Below, one piece after another: positions 38,040-50,909 of a DNA stretch of 64,000 nt. The translations under genes were made by a program, and so were the position numbers. A model generated the notes under the pieces. The model saw nothing but the letters and a program-made list of their open reading frames with translations. It searched no databases and was not told the DNA's origin. Source of the DNA: Podarcis tiliguerta (lineage: Eukaryota); the NCBI GenBank assembly GCA_965153285.1, contig OZ229118.1; one strand, 5' to 3'. The number at the start of each line of letters is the position of its first letter. Position 1 is the first letter of the stretch.

Positions 38040-39153
38040 AGACACTGGCCTGCTCCTTGGAAGCTGGCTCTGTCGCTTCCTTGGCAGGCCCCCTGACAAG
38101 GCCACCTCTACAGTGGCCACTTAAATAATAGGAAGTACTGCTGGTTTCTTCCCACCCCTACAAAATAAATGGTGGTAGCTGCCCTCAGAGGTCTCTTGGA
38201 CTCTATACCCACCTAGGGTGATTCAGACCAGGGCCCTTTTGCCTCTGAGATTGCCTTTGATTTCCACTGCAACCATCAGGTAAGGTTTAATTGATTCCCC
38301 CCTTGTTCCTGATAGAGATCTTTACCCACCCCTTCTTCCCTAGCAGGGAGATGCCATTTTGTTGTTTGCCTCAGGTGTCAAAGTGTCCTGTGCGGACCCT
38401 GAAACAGACACATTTTAAAGCACCCACCAGACTGTCCCACTCAGTGCAGTGAGCCTGAGGGCAGTCTGGGTGCATATCTGGTCCTCACATGTTCTTCTGA
38501 ACACATGAACAGAGCTTGTCTCTGAACATCATTACATACCAAATTCTCAAGAACTACATTTGGTTTTTAAATAACAATTAAGTGGAGTACTGGGATCTAG
38601 CATTTTAATTTTGTGCATATAATGGGAATTCTGCTTTTAAAACCATTCTCCAATGTCACGACATAGTTTGAAGGCATCCAGATTTGAGGTTTCAGAACAG
38701 GTCTGTCCTTCAATGAAATATACCAGGAAAGATGGAAATCACAGGAAGAGTCATGACATCTAATCTTATTTCCTCTTCAGCCATTAATCATGCACAATTT
38801 CCAACAGCCATTTAGGAAGGTGAAATGCTGAAATGATCTCTGCAGAGACAGAGGAATATGATTCTTTGTTCCTGGTGCTATGGCAATCGTTGGAAAAATG
38901 CTGAAATTATAAGCTTTCCGATGCTTGCATCAGGAGCGAAATAAATTCCTTAGTAGGTATTACTGTATTATGTTTTAAATGCTTTTCTCTGCATAGGTAT
39001 TAATATCCATGCTGGATAAAATAATACACAAAGTACTCTTAAGGAAGGGGCATGTTTACGAACTAGGCAAGTCCAGGGTGAAACACTAGGTGCTCATAGC
39101 AATACAAAGAGATAATCGTGCCTCCTTTTCAAAGTGACAAAATTATTTGTGTG

Positions 39154-39322
39154 GAAGAAGAGAAGGAGTTTGGATTTGATATCCCGCTTTATCACTACCC
39201 GAAGGAGTCTCAAAGTGCCTAACATTTTCCTTTCCCTTCCTCCCCCACAACAAACACTCTGTGAAGTGAGTGGGGCTGAGTATGACTAGCCCAAGGTCAC
39301 CCAGCAGCTGCATGTGGAGGAG
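39154..39322 (-). mobile_element. Squam3-like SINE, 5'-truncated
   Basis: Close match to 16139-16320. Confidence 0.85.
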
Positions 39323-39666
39323 CCCTCTAGACTTCCTTTTAATTGTGTGATCATGATGGTTTGTGCTAACAATGGTATCAGGGTGGTTATAAGCAATTCC
39401 ACTTTTAATGCTGTTTGTGCCTGCAAATATTTTGAAGCAGACTTTGTTTACAATCAGTGTAGGTCTCATTGCTTCCTGTTGAAAACCTGTAACTTTTCAC
39501 ATGACAAATGTTCAAGGATGTGTGTCCCATTTTTGTTGTTTACAGTGCAGGAGTGTCCCTCCAGATAGCAACAATGTGGTGATACTGGGGAAGCATTGTA
39601 GAGCATCTAATAGAGGAATTATGTGTGGACAGTCCGGTATAAATCCACCACTGACAAACTATTATA

Positions 39667-39747
39667 CAGGGTGAGTCCTTTAAAAGAGGCCTCGTAGGAT
39701 ACAGAGTACACATGTTCCACGGGGCCTCTTTTAAAAGACTCACCCTG
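39667..39747. mobile_element. 81-bp mariner-type MITE (almost pure hairpin)
   Basis: About 33-bp TIRs CAGGGTGAGTC(C/T)TTTAAAAGAGGCC, TA flanks. Confidence 0.85.
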
Positions 39748-40762
39748 TAGCATCCATGACAAGTTGCAGAATACAACTTTAGGTACCTTCAAACAGGACA
39801 GGATGCTTTTTGCATTCCCACATGCAGAACATAAATTTGACTGCAAAATCACTCTGTAGAAGACAGCATGGGTTCTAGCTCCATCAAACTCTTCCGAGGA
39901 CTCTAACAGAAGTAATACCCAGAGAGCAGTTAAGTTTCTTCCCTTATTCAAATCAACTTGCATAGACCCCTTGTCTTCCTCCTCACTTTAGACTCATTTA
40001 TCAGAGCACTATAAATCCAAGAGGAATGGGTGCCTTGGATCAACTCCTTTGCAGAGTTACTGACTTCGTGATAGGGCAGGAACAGCCTTCTCTGCTCAAC
40101 ACTTGAACACTTGAGAAGACCTGAACATCAGTTTTCTCTGGAAGTACCAGTCATTCAACTTCTCTTTATTCTCTACACCACTCTTTTGCAACAGTGGGTT
40201 ATTGGAAGTTTTGGACCACTACTACCATTTCCCCAGACCACTGCACTAAGCTGGCTGGGGATGATGGAAGTTGTAGTCCCACAGTATATATGGGGACTCA
40301 AGGTTCAGGAATTCTGCTCCACACTGAATCTTTACAATCCTTCAAGAACTGGAGATGTCACAAAATAGGGTGAATTGCACTTTTGCTGTAGAGATAAGAG
40401 CCTATATTGAACCAGGTTTGTTATGTGGTTGTGTGGGGTTCTGTTAAGTTTCCCCAGTGTTCTAGCCCTCTTATTCCTATCTAGGTAGCGCATCCACTGA
40501 AATATTCAGATGGGCACACACAAACGGCTTTAAGTATCGTATGTTAAATTGCTCTAATGTTTCAGCTCTAGAGAGAAGGATGCAGATTGAAAATTCTGAG
40601 TGAGAAGTCCTTTGAGTAGGATAGAACTCTCCCATCTCTTTCTCCTTGGCCAGCCACATTCCTCACCCTCATTCTTTTAAAAGGTGGACACATTCTTGAA
40701 AAGGTCAGGAGGACAAATTTGTTTGCTCTTTCCATGCAAAGCGTGTGTTCTGCCACAGATAC

Positions 40763-41077
40763 GAGGGGCAGCCATAGATCAGTAGCAGAGCACATTCTTT
40801 GCACATAGAAGGTGCCAGATTCAATTCCCAGTATCTTCCTTTAAAGCCTGTGGCTCCCTCCAGATGTTGTTGAACTACAACTCCATGATCCTTGTTGCCC
40901 ATGTTGGCTGGGTATGATGAGAGTTGGGAGTCCACCAAGATCTGGAGGGCCACAAGCTCCCCATCCCTGGTTTAAAGGAAATTGAATAACAGGCCTGTGA
41001 AAGACCTCTGTGTGGAGAAGACAATACTGGACAGGGTGGATCATTGGCCTGTTTCAGTGTAAGGCTCCTCCATATGC
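40763..41077 (+). mobile_element. tRNA-derived SINE (Squam2-like) split by a hAT MITE at 40847-40969
   Basis: Head catagatcagtagcagagcacattctttgcacatagaagg..gattcaattccc; MITE flanked by ctttaaag/gtttaaag; SINE tail resumes afterwards. Confidence 0.7.
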
Positions 41078-42007
41078 TTTTCATTTCTTTCATGGGTGCT
41101 TCAAGTCCCAAGTCATGTTACAACAATATCCTGCCCATTGTTGGGCAGTCCTTTAAGAAAAATCACAGTTGATTATACTCAAGAGACCCCCTTGACAACT
41201 CTCTATAAATTTTCTCTTAAAATCTGTCCAGATATATTTGGTTAGAGAAAATGACAGTGGAAAGGGTGTGCCTCTGCCTCTTCCAGTTAGTTCTTCAAAC
41301 AGGGAACTTAAAAAAAAACACCTAAGAAATGAGCAAAAGCCAGCTTTCATACTGCCAAGTTCTGAACAGTTAACTTGCTATTTAAAAATTCACTTCTTGA
41401 AAGCCTGGTGATGCGTATTAATGGGCTGGCATAGATGGAAAAGTGACAGATATTAATTCATGCAGGCATTCCAACAGCTGCTGAAGCTGCAGTTCAGTTT
41501 TTTGAAAACTGAACTGCAAAAAGGGAGTAGCTATTTGCGAGATCTTATTATGGGTGGATCGATCTGCTCAGTCTCGCACCATCAAAGTGGTTTCACGGAC
41601 TTGGTTAAAGCTGTTCCTAGTTTAGATAAACTGGGACATTTTTTTTAATGTGAATCCTGTTAGCTTGTATTGGCTTCTCCTCCTCATTTTCTGGGGTTTG
41701 CATTTCTGCACAGGTTAGTATAAACATGATAGAAGCAGTTAGCATCTATTGACCTTGCAAACTCACTGTTAATAACCATATTTGATTACTGGATGATATT
41801 TGTGGAATGATGGCTATGGTACAGGTCAAAGGAACCATAACTCTCTATTGAAGGATGTGAAAGGATTTGCCAGCAGATTTTACTAGGTGGGCTGGAAACC
41901 TTTACTGGACTTTGTGCAGGACCATTCTGTGTGATTTAGAGCAGTATTCTGCAGCCTTTTAACTTTCATGAGGAACCTTTTTACATGAACAACTTGAAAA
42001 GTGGGAA

Positions 42008-42232
42008 CTAGTCCTTCAAGTGGGGGCAGAACCACCATAACATCATGCCTCCCAGCCCATAGATGTGATCCAGCAAGATACCATGGCTGAAGATATCAAA
42101 AGCTGCTGAGAAATCAAGAAGGATCAGCAAGAATACAACCCCTCTATCCTTTTCTCGACAGAAGTCATCCGTCAATGAAACCAATACCATTTCAGTGCCC
42201 AAACCAGACCTGAACCTGGACTGAAATGGTTC
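42008..42232 (-). mobile_element. L2-clade LINE reverse-transcriptase fragment
   Basis: Translation PFQSRFRSGLGTEMVLVSLTDDFCREKDRGVVFLLILLDFSAAFDIFSHGILL matches the non-LTR RT motifs QSGFR...TETAL...LLDLSAAFD. A hAT MITE abuts it at about 42232-42345. Confidence 0.88.
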
Positions 42233-43049
42233 CAGATGTTGTAGGACTACAACTCCCATCAGTCTGAGCCAGCAGGTGCAATGGTCAGGGATGATGGGAA
42301 TTGTAGTCCAGTAACATGGGGGGGGATCAAATTGGCTATCCCTTGTCCAGATAAATTGCTTCCCCCAAGCACTCCTGGAGCTGCCCAGCCACAAGTCTAG
42401 GAGAAGACAGAAAGCCATTCCTGTTGCAAGAGAGAGGAATTTAATTCTGACCGTTAACGTATCTGGGCAATATTGCTTAGGGGAACAAACACACATCAGA
42501 GTTTAAGAGGCAGGATAAGCACATGGCACTGGTGGATTGCAAACATGGTTAAGGAATCCTGCCTAGACAGGAAATAGAGCATTTTCAAAATTGATGCCAA
42601 AGAACCATATTTGAATTTCCCAAGTTTGTAAATCAAATCAAAGAGACACATTGATTGGAGCACACATCTAGTTTAAAAATGACCCACTTTTTTATACCAC
42701 ATTGACAATATTTAGAAGAGATATATTGCAGACTGAAAGACATTTTGACCTTCACTTATGAAAATGCCCTTAAAGCACTTTCCTGCAATATGATTCTATA
42801 ATTCTATTCTCTGCCTTACAAAGGTTTGTAAAAGTAATTTAAAACTGGAAGCAGAAAAATGCCTTAGTCTAAAGTGAATTTACTAGTAAGATTCTAAACC
42901 ATGTGTTGACTTTGCAGCCTGATCCTGTACGTGGATTTTATCTGCTACCATGCAAATTGCAGGTTTTGACATGACACCATGCTGTATTTTGTAAGTGAGG
43001 AAGCGATCTCTCTTTCTAGCACACTGGACATATAACACCACTCACTGCA

Positions 43050-43125
43050 AAGAATAGAATAATAGAACTGTAGGTTGGAAGGGGTGCCGAGGGTCATCTA
43101 GTCCAACCCCATGCAGTGCAGGAAG
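43050..43125 (-). mobile_element. CR1 3' terminal fragment
   Basis: atagaat tail plus gttggaagggg..ccgagggtcatctagtccaacccc. Confidence 0.75.
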
Positions 43126-45461
43126 AAAAGCACGTGGGGTTGTGACGCTGCTTCTGACACCTGGACCTATAAATGACTGACTGGGCCAATAAATGACCAC
43201 AAGCGACAAGGAATTCCATGCAGGTTGGTAAGTATTTTTTGATGGCAAACTTCTGTGGGCTACTGGAGTCCATTGTTATTCAGTAAACCGATCTGCAGAA
43301 AAGGATAAACACTTTATGCAGTAGCCCTAATTGCGATGTCTGTACGAATTCCAGGGTTGTAGCCTAGGAAAAACTCTTGCTCTTGCTCCTGCTCCTACAA
43401 GCCACTGCCTCGTGCTTCTCTCTGTCTCATAGGATTGCATGTTCAAGCCCCACTTGATCTAAGAGAACATTCCTTCTATCCATTATCTCTATGATTATAA
43501 CACATTTGTGAATGCTGCAAGGACACCGTGACCTTTTCCAAATCTCACAGAATACAAATACAAGGGGAGACAATCAGCCACATCAATGGGTGATTAGATG
43601 TCCAACTCCCATATGGTTAGAATGGAAATTCAGAGTCTTTTGTCTATTTCTTTTGTAAACATTCAGGCCTGGAAAATGTATACAGACACAGTGCATCAGC
43701 AGGTGGCCTGGGTCGGAGGAGTCCAGCTCAGATTTACTGTACTGTCTTTGCCCAAGATATAATGGAGACAAATATATGGAAGGACTCAAAAGAGATTGCT
43801 GATAAAAGAATGGCGCTGAAAAAGGGGGGAAAGAATAAGATTCCAGTCACACAAAAATGTAAGCGGCTATTCATCACTGTTGTAAATGAATTGTACACCA
43901 AACTGGAATATATTTCATAAAGCAAAAAAAAGCGATGCTTTGGTAGAACAGCCTTCTCTGAATGTTTTGTTCATTTGCTTACTTTGAAAGAGGCTGCAGA
44001 CGGCTCAGATCTTAGCTGTTTGATCCGTTTTTCTCCAAGCATGTGTGCTTAGTAAATTACATATTGTAAGCAACCCCAGGGTGCACAGTCCCATCCTAGT
44101 TAATACGTTTTTTTGCATTTTGACAGGGAGCTCAACAGCATGAAATAATCCAAAAGAAGCCCCCAATTGCTAAGTTTTTAAGCCATTAGTTGCTGATGAT
44201 TTTCAACAAATACAGCACTTCTGTCCTGCTTAATGATTGAATTTTAAATATTAATGATAGATGGATGGCTTTGTGTGCAGAGATGACAACATCTACTTCT
44301 GCTTCTCGCTAAGGCACTGCTAAAAATGCGAGAGGAATTGGGAAAATGGGGCCATTTACTGGTTTAAAGCATGTTAATCAACTTTGAAATGATCATGGCC
44401 TTTCATGTATCTAGAATACCATAAAGCATCTCAGATCATAGAAAAAGGCAAGTGAGCGTGGTGGGGATTTGTCCATAATGCACAAAGCAATTATTTTAGA
44501 TCAAACCCACTGTTTCGCTTGCAGAATGCAAGCATTACAAATAAATGAGAACAGCCCACATTAAAATAAGCCACATTTTGTGCAAAACTACCAGGAAACT
44601 CTGCGTGAGGCCTCCTGAAATGGACAAGCTAAGCAAGAGGCCTGGTATGATATAGCAGCCAAGATCCTGAGGACCAAAATACAGTACATGTTACAGGTTT
44701 ATTTTTTAAAAAAAGAGCTTTCTCCTTCTTCTAGGTTCTCATATCTAAGCAGCCGGCCCTTGGGAATGGTGCCAGTCTACTCCTCTATGCAAAAGAGCTC
44801 CCAGAACAGCCACCCTCCCCACCACCCTCATATTTGAGGTTCCTCAAAAGGGGCTCTATGCACACATGATGTACAACCATAGAGGTCCTCCACTTAAGAG
44901 GGAGTCCACACTGGAAGGTAAGGGAGAAACAGATATTCAAAAGTGTCACCAGTTTCTCCTCTTCCCTCCTGTCCCATGCAGTGTCTTCTCTCTGTTCTCT
45001 TTGTAGAACCATGATTGAGTGTGCTGGTTGTGGAAAGGTGCACCCAGCAACAAGCACATCAGTGGCAGGATTATTGGTGGCCCCATGACTCCTCTCACCT
45101 GTCCTTTCAATGTGTGGGTGTGACTGTACCCCCTACGCCAAGGGAAGCCAATGTTCTTACTTCCAAATTTGTCAACTACAACTCCCACTGGCTGGGGCTG
45201 ATGAGCGCTGTAGTCCATAACATGTGGAGGACACACACCAGGTTGGCTGTTGCTGCCCTAAACATATCTTCCACTAATTAATAAGCAACCAGCAAGCTTT
45301 ATTTTGGGCATCTTGGTGTATCCTGAGGAAACTTTGCACAGGCATATTTTGTTTTGTGTGTTGCAGGAAACAGGTAAGGGGGTCAGTGTCTCTGCTTTTA
45401 AGTACCACGTCCATATACTAAACCAGTGAAAAGTATGAGCTTTTTGTTAGTGCTGTAAATG

Positions 45462-45463
<2 letters not shown>

Positions 45464-45497
<34 letters not shown>
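45464..45497. repeat. (GT)n microsatellite
   Basis: Direct tandem repeat. Confidence 0.95.
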
Positions 45498-45500
<3 letters not shown>

Positions 45501-48500
45501 CACCTCCAAGAAAGTAAATAAGTCCAAAATAGGCATGCAAAGACTAACCGTGGCCTAAGTGCCCAAGTCTTTATGGCAATGAACAAGATAATAAAACCAT
45601 CTCTATGCGAAACATGCTATAAAGCTATTAATGATTATGCTCCCACATATCGTGCCAAGGGACTTATTGACAGCAGCACTCACTGCTTTGAAAAAGGTGA
45701 ATATAATGATCTAGCTGGAGCCAAGATGACACTGGTGCTTCCTGAGAAACGGGTGGGTAGATTAGGGCTATCTTCACATTAGAAAGACAGGCTGACCCTC
45801 GTTTGAGGATGTGCGAGGGCTTTGTCGAGTGTGTGGCAGAGGCAGGGGGCAGAGGATTGTCCCAGGAGAAGGGGCCAGCACCACTGTCTCCAAGAACCAG
45901 AAGAGGCCTGAAGAGCAGTGGTGGCTTCCGTGTAGGAGAAGCCTCAGGTTGCATGCATGCACTCCATCAGATGCAGGCACATAAGCTGGGGTGTGGGTGT
46001 GTGGGTGTCATGGTCCCACTGTTGCTGTAACTTCTCTGTGGGCATGGACTTGGGAACAGCTGCCTAGAAGCGTGTGTGCATGTGTATCTGGGGCATTGTA
46101 GGAGTTTTTGTGAGTGTGTGCTTTTGACAATAAAGAATTGCTATCAGACATGCACCTTCTTTGGCTGGGGGATGCTCAGGACAGGATGACTGACATAACT
46201 CTGTGTTTAAAGCTAAGGAGGTCCAGGGCTGCCTAATACCTAGACAAGAAACCATCTTGGATCTCCTGGTAGGAAAAGTGGGATATTAATGTAACTAACA
46301 TATTTATAAAATAAAATAAAAAATTCTGTGAATAAAAACAACCTTACCTAGCATCGGGAGAAAATTCCAATTTTGAGCTGCCAGTTCCCAGCAACTGCCC
46401 ACTGAAGGTATGTGTGGCTGGAAGCTTGCCACTGAATTCATTGTTCAAAGCAACCATATAAATGCTGGAGCAAAGAAATGAGTGATTTCCTAAATGCACG
46501 GAATGCATGAAAGTTTGATGTGCTGATGTGCTTTAGAGGCTGCTATAAAGACTGGATTCAATGCAACCGTGTACATATTGCTTTCTGGTGTCTGTTAAAA
46601 ATGGAAATGAAAAACTTTATGGAACTCTACAGTGTCTGATATGCAATGAAGGCAGTAAGGAATACCAGAATACAGAGCAGTGTCTGGTTTTTGAGGCAGT
46701 ATTTTGCATGTGGTCTCACTCAGTCTTAAAGGGCCTTCGAGACATGACACTGATCTCCTATGCCATGGTAATTAAAAGTACCATTGCCACTATATCCCTA
46801 CATGAACTTAACACACTTTGATGCCTGTATTGTTCTCACTGAGACAGACACTTTAAGAGGCAAACACATTCATGGTTACAGCAAGTCCAAAACAGCTCTT
46901 ATAGGAGAGGTGCTGTCAGAATTCAGCCCTGCCCATACCTCAAATCTGACTTTTCCTCAAGAGAGGAGCAAGGGCTGCTGCCAGAGACATTGAAGAGCTG
47001 TTGGACCTGGATATGCCTGACCCAGGTCAGCATCCCTGGGTTCCTGGCTTGCTTGTCGATCCCGCTTCAACTCCTGCAGGGTCACAGGAGCAGAAGAGAT
47101 GGCTGAGCCTGGCAGGAGCTGCTGTGGAAGTGCTGTGTGAGCTACATGTGAAGCTACTTGAGTGGAGGGGGACCTGTCCACATCAGGGCATGGCTAAGAG
47201 TCAGGAAGGAAGCCTCCATCTTCCATATAAGCTCCCAGTCCAAGTTGCTTCAATGCTGATGCAGCAGCCCTCTTCCAATTGCCAAGTTCCAGCCTTCCTG
47301 ACCCAGAGAAATGGACAGATGCACAGCTACAAGAATGATATGGGGATGTTGGGGATGCATTGCCAGGATTGTTATTGTAAATTAAAAGCAAAGCACAGGG
47401 CAAAGCAGAGACAAAACCATGACATCACAGAAACTGGGTTGGATTCAGACTTCCATTCAGCAGAGTGTGAGTAGGAAGCAGGAGAGGAGGTAATTTCCCC
47501 ATATTATTAACCCTGCGACCTCTGAAAAGCTGCTGTGGTGGGTTGGGGAGCTCTCTGGAGCAGTGTGGGATGTGGTGCTGGGGCTTGTAGGCGAAAGGGA
47601 AATCAGCCAAAACCTCCTGCTTGTCCCCTTCCTCCAGTGGGGAGCATCTGCTAGGTCCCAGTTCCCTCCAGAAACAGAAGGAGCCCTTGCAGAGGAGCAA
47701 GTCTGGATCCAATCCACTGCAAATGACACAGCAAAAGAAGCCAAAGCAAACAGGTAATGCAAATACCTGTGACATTAAACACCCAAGCAACCACTATGGA
47801 GATCTGCCGGGCTGTCAATTGGGAAGAAGCAGAGGTTTAAACAATATGCTAACACCATATTTTTGAATAATCAAAAATAAGAACCCCGTGCAGAGGTTTC
47901 ATCTGTATATAGGTGGGAGAGGGAGACAGAAGACAGATGGTCACACCTGCTTGCCCCTGTCCATTTGAGATTCTATCTGCACATGTGCTTGTCCATATGT
48001 CCATAGGCTCTGACACTGAAATAAGCACCCTGCAAAAATGCAGAGTACAGATCACCTGCACTGCTGGGATTTCAAATGTGCATAAGCTGGTGCAATCCTC
48101 CCCTACATATGTGTATGCAAAATAAATGTTTGCACAGAAATACTGTCTGCTGTGGTCCAGTGGGATTTGATTGGACTTCTGTCACCCAGATGTATAGGGA
48201 AATATTCTGGTTGCAGCAGCATACAGACACCCGGGGGGGGGGGGAGACTAGCAGAGCTTTTGTTTCCGGAGAACAAGAGCAGAGAGCCCTTCCTCTCTTT
48301 TCATAGGCTGTGTTCTTTTAGCAGTATATCTTGACAATCTAGCCCTGGGTGACTGTGTTCCTCCTTGTCTCCCTCTCTGCAGTCACCACTGGGGCTGTGT
48401 TGTGGCTCTTCTTGAGCCTTTTCATGGCTTCATTAGCATCAAAATCATACGCTGACAATGCATCTGCCAGGCAGACCCTTTCTAGCCAAAACAACCTCTC

Positions 48501-48913
48501 TCAAGCTGTGACTGCGTCTGCAGGTGACACCTGTGTCCCTTTTGAAAGCAACCTTGGGGGGAATAAATCCAACCCTTTATGTAATCATAGCAATCTTTTT
48601 TTAAAAGGTGAAGGATTTAGTGTTTATCTAAATACCAGGAAATGTAATCCCTATACTCTCCGGAGTTAGTAGTTGAGATCGCACAATGGACACCCTTGAA
48701 GTGCCGCAACAGGATGCCAGCCAAAAGAAGGGCTTCTCTAAAATAAAATAAAGCGAGAGCTCACAGCCACTTTGCTCCTCCATGATCCTTTTTGCTCCTG
48801 AGCTAAGCCAGGGTTCAGTTTAGCACCCCCCCCTATCCAGGACTCGTGGTTCTTGGCAGCAGCTCTTGGTTAGTAAGCTGAGCCATGAGTTCCAGTTCAG
48901 GAAAACACTAAGC

Positions 48914-49048
48914 CAGGGTTTCCCCAACTTTGGTCTCTAGATGTTTTGGACTACAATTCCCATCATCCCAGACCTCTGGCCCTACTAGCTAGGGATGATG
49001 GGAGTTGTAGTCCAAAAACAGCTGGAGATCGAAGTTTGGGAAGCCCAG
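48914..49048. mobile_element. Palindromic hAT MITE
   Basis: Internal inverted repeat ggactacaattcccatcatccc / gggatgatgggagttgtagtcc and a perfect 8-bp TSD cactaagc. Confidence 0.88.
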
Positions 49049-49165
49049 CACTAAGCCAAGCCTTGGCTTAGCTTTGTGAAGTGTGACAGCAAAAAGGAAT
49101 GGAAAGGAGCAGAGTGGTGCAAAGTCCTCTCTGACAGTCTGCATGTTTGCACCGTCTCTTTAAGC

Positions 49166-49296
49166 CAGGGGTGGGGAATCAGTGGCCCCCTAGATATTGC
49201 TGAGCTCCAACTACTATCAGTCCCAGCCAACATGGTCAGTAGTCAGGGATGGCACAGGTTATAGCATCTGTAAGGGCAGAGGCTCCCCATCCACTG
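49166..49296. mobile_element. hAT MITE, degraded
   Basis: caggggtggggaatc ... ggctccccatccactg; same family as 10343. Confidence 0.6.
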
Positions 49297-49789
49297 AGCT
49301 ATAGCCCTTCCCCCTTTGAGGCTCACAATAGCCCGGCTGGATGAGGCGCACAGGCAGAGAGTGGCCAATGAGCTTCACAGTTGAGAAGAGATCTGACCAG
49401 CATTTCCCCCATCCAGTCACTGCTGCCTCTCAGATAAAAGCACCACACTGTGCAGGAGAAGGGATTGGCGGATTGTGAGAAGCAAGCGCAGGCATGGCTT
49501 TCCTGTCTGCGAAAGCTTGATGGACACATTCTAATTCAATCCCCAGAAGAGTTACAAAATGAAATGGGACACATAGACCATTAAAAGTATTTTGAGGCAT
49601 TTGAAAGCTTTTCTTTACTTTTCTGCCTGAAGGGTTAGATAGTGTAGAGTAGGAAATACTCTGAGTTTTAGCTTGAAATCCAAGCACACTCTTTAGAAGT
49701 TTTTTTTTTAAAAGCAGTGGAACTTACTTACAAAAAAGTATGTTTAGAGTCAAAACTATGGAGTATATGTAGGAGAGAGTGTTTTTAGA

Positions 49790-49951
49790 CTGAGTATCAG
49801 TTGCTGGAAAGTGCAGAAGGGGAGAGAGCTCTTGTGCTCAGATTCTCTTGCAGGTTTCCCACAGCCAGATACGGTTGACCATTGTGAGAACAGGATGCTC
49901 TACTAGATGGGCCACTGGCCTGATCCAGCAGGCTCTTTTTATGTTTTTATG
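49790..49951 (+). mobile_element. CR1 3'UTR
   Basis: ggatgctctactagatgggccactggcctgatccagcaggctc plus (tttttatg)2 tail. Confidence 0.75.
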
Positions 49952-50431
49952 GCTGCCATCATGCATACAAAACAGCAACATGCATAAGAAGTAGGGGTGG
50001 CTTGCAAGAGTACAACCTATCTTGACAGAGAGGAAGAGAAATCTATGGAGGCAAAGAAGTCCCATAAGAATGGCACGGAATATCGATAAACTGAGATGGC
50101 AAAAATCTGACAAACAGGTGGTAGGAGAAATAAAATGGTATACCTGAAAAGAGAGGAGTGAGAAGGAGAAGACATAATCTTATTGTTTGGGTAGGTCATT
50201 TCCTGGGTCTCACTGTGAAGGTATTTTAAAATGTCCCCAGGGGTGAAAGAGACTGTTGCCCATAAAAAACAATGAAGCTATCCAAGATTTAAATGTAGCA
50301 GAATTGGCCACCTGGATGCATGCACACACGCAGGGGCAACGGCGGAGAAAAGAGGTCCTGTTCTTCCTAACTCATTTCTTATTTTAGTGCTAACGCAAAC
50401 CCCAAATAAGAGTCCATTCTTCCTAGATTTA

Positions 50432-50655
50432 TAGTGGACCCTAGAGTTACATTACCTTCGGGTAACGTAACATTCGGGTTGCGAATGCGGCATACCCAGA
50501 AGTGTATACTTCCGGGTTTTGCCATGCTTTGCACATGCGCAGAAGCGCTCTATCATGCCACGCACGTGAGCAGAAGCGGTGCCTCATTTGCAGACTTTTT
50601 GGGGTACGTAAGGACCCTCCAGAACAAATTAAGTTCGTATCCAGTGGGTCCACTG
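50432..50655. mobile_element. Tigger-like MITE (TIR (C/T)AGTGGACCC)
   Basis: tagtggaccc ... gggtccactg ends; body related to the Tigger-like MITEs. Confidence 0.75.
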
Positions 50656-50671
50656 CATTCAGAAAAGTATA

Positions 50672-50909
50672 CAGTGGTATCTCGGGTTACAAACTTAATT
50701 CATTTTGGAGGTCCGTTCTTAACCCGAAACTGTTCTTAACCTGAGGCGCGCTTTTGCTAATGGGCCCTCCCGCTAATGGGCCACCACCACATGCTTTCTG
50801 TTCTCATCCTGGGGCAAAGTTTGCAACCCGAGGTACTACTTCCGGGTTAGCAGAGTTTGTAACCGGAAGTGTTTGTAACCCAAAGCGTTTGTGACCTGAG
50901 GTACCACTG
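50672..50909. mobile_element. Tigger-like MITE
   Basis: cagtggtatctcgggttac ... gaggtaccactg; opposite orientation to 58767. Confidence 0.88.

Noticed and set aside
47001-47474. 157-aa ORF
   Set aside because: Non-ATG start, no domain, overlapping ORFs on both strands in GC-richer DNA.
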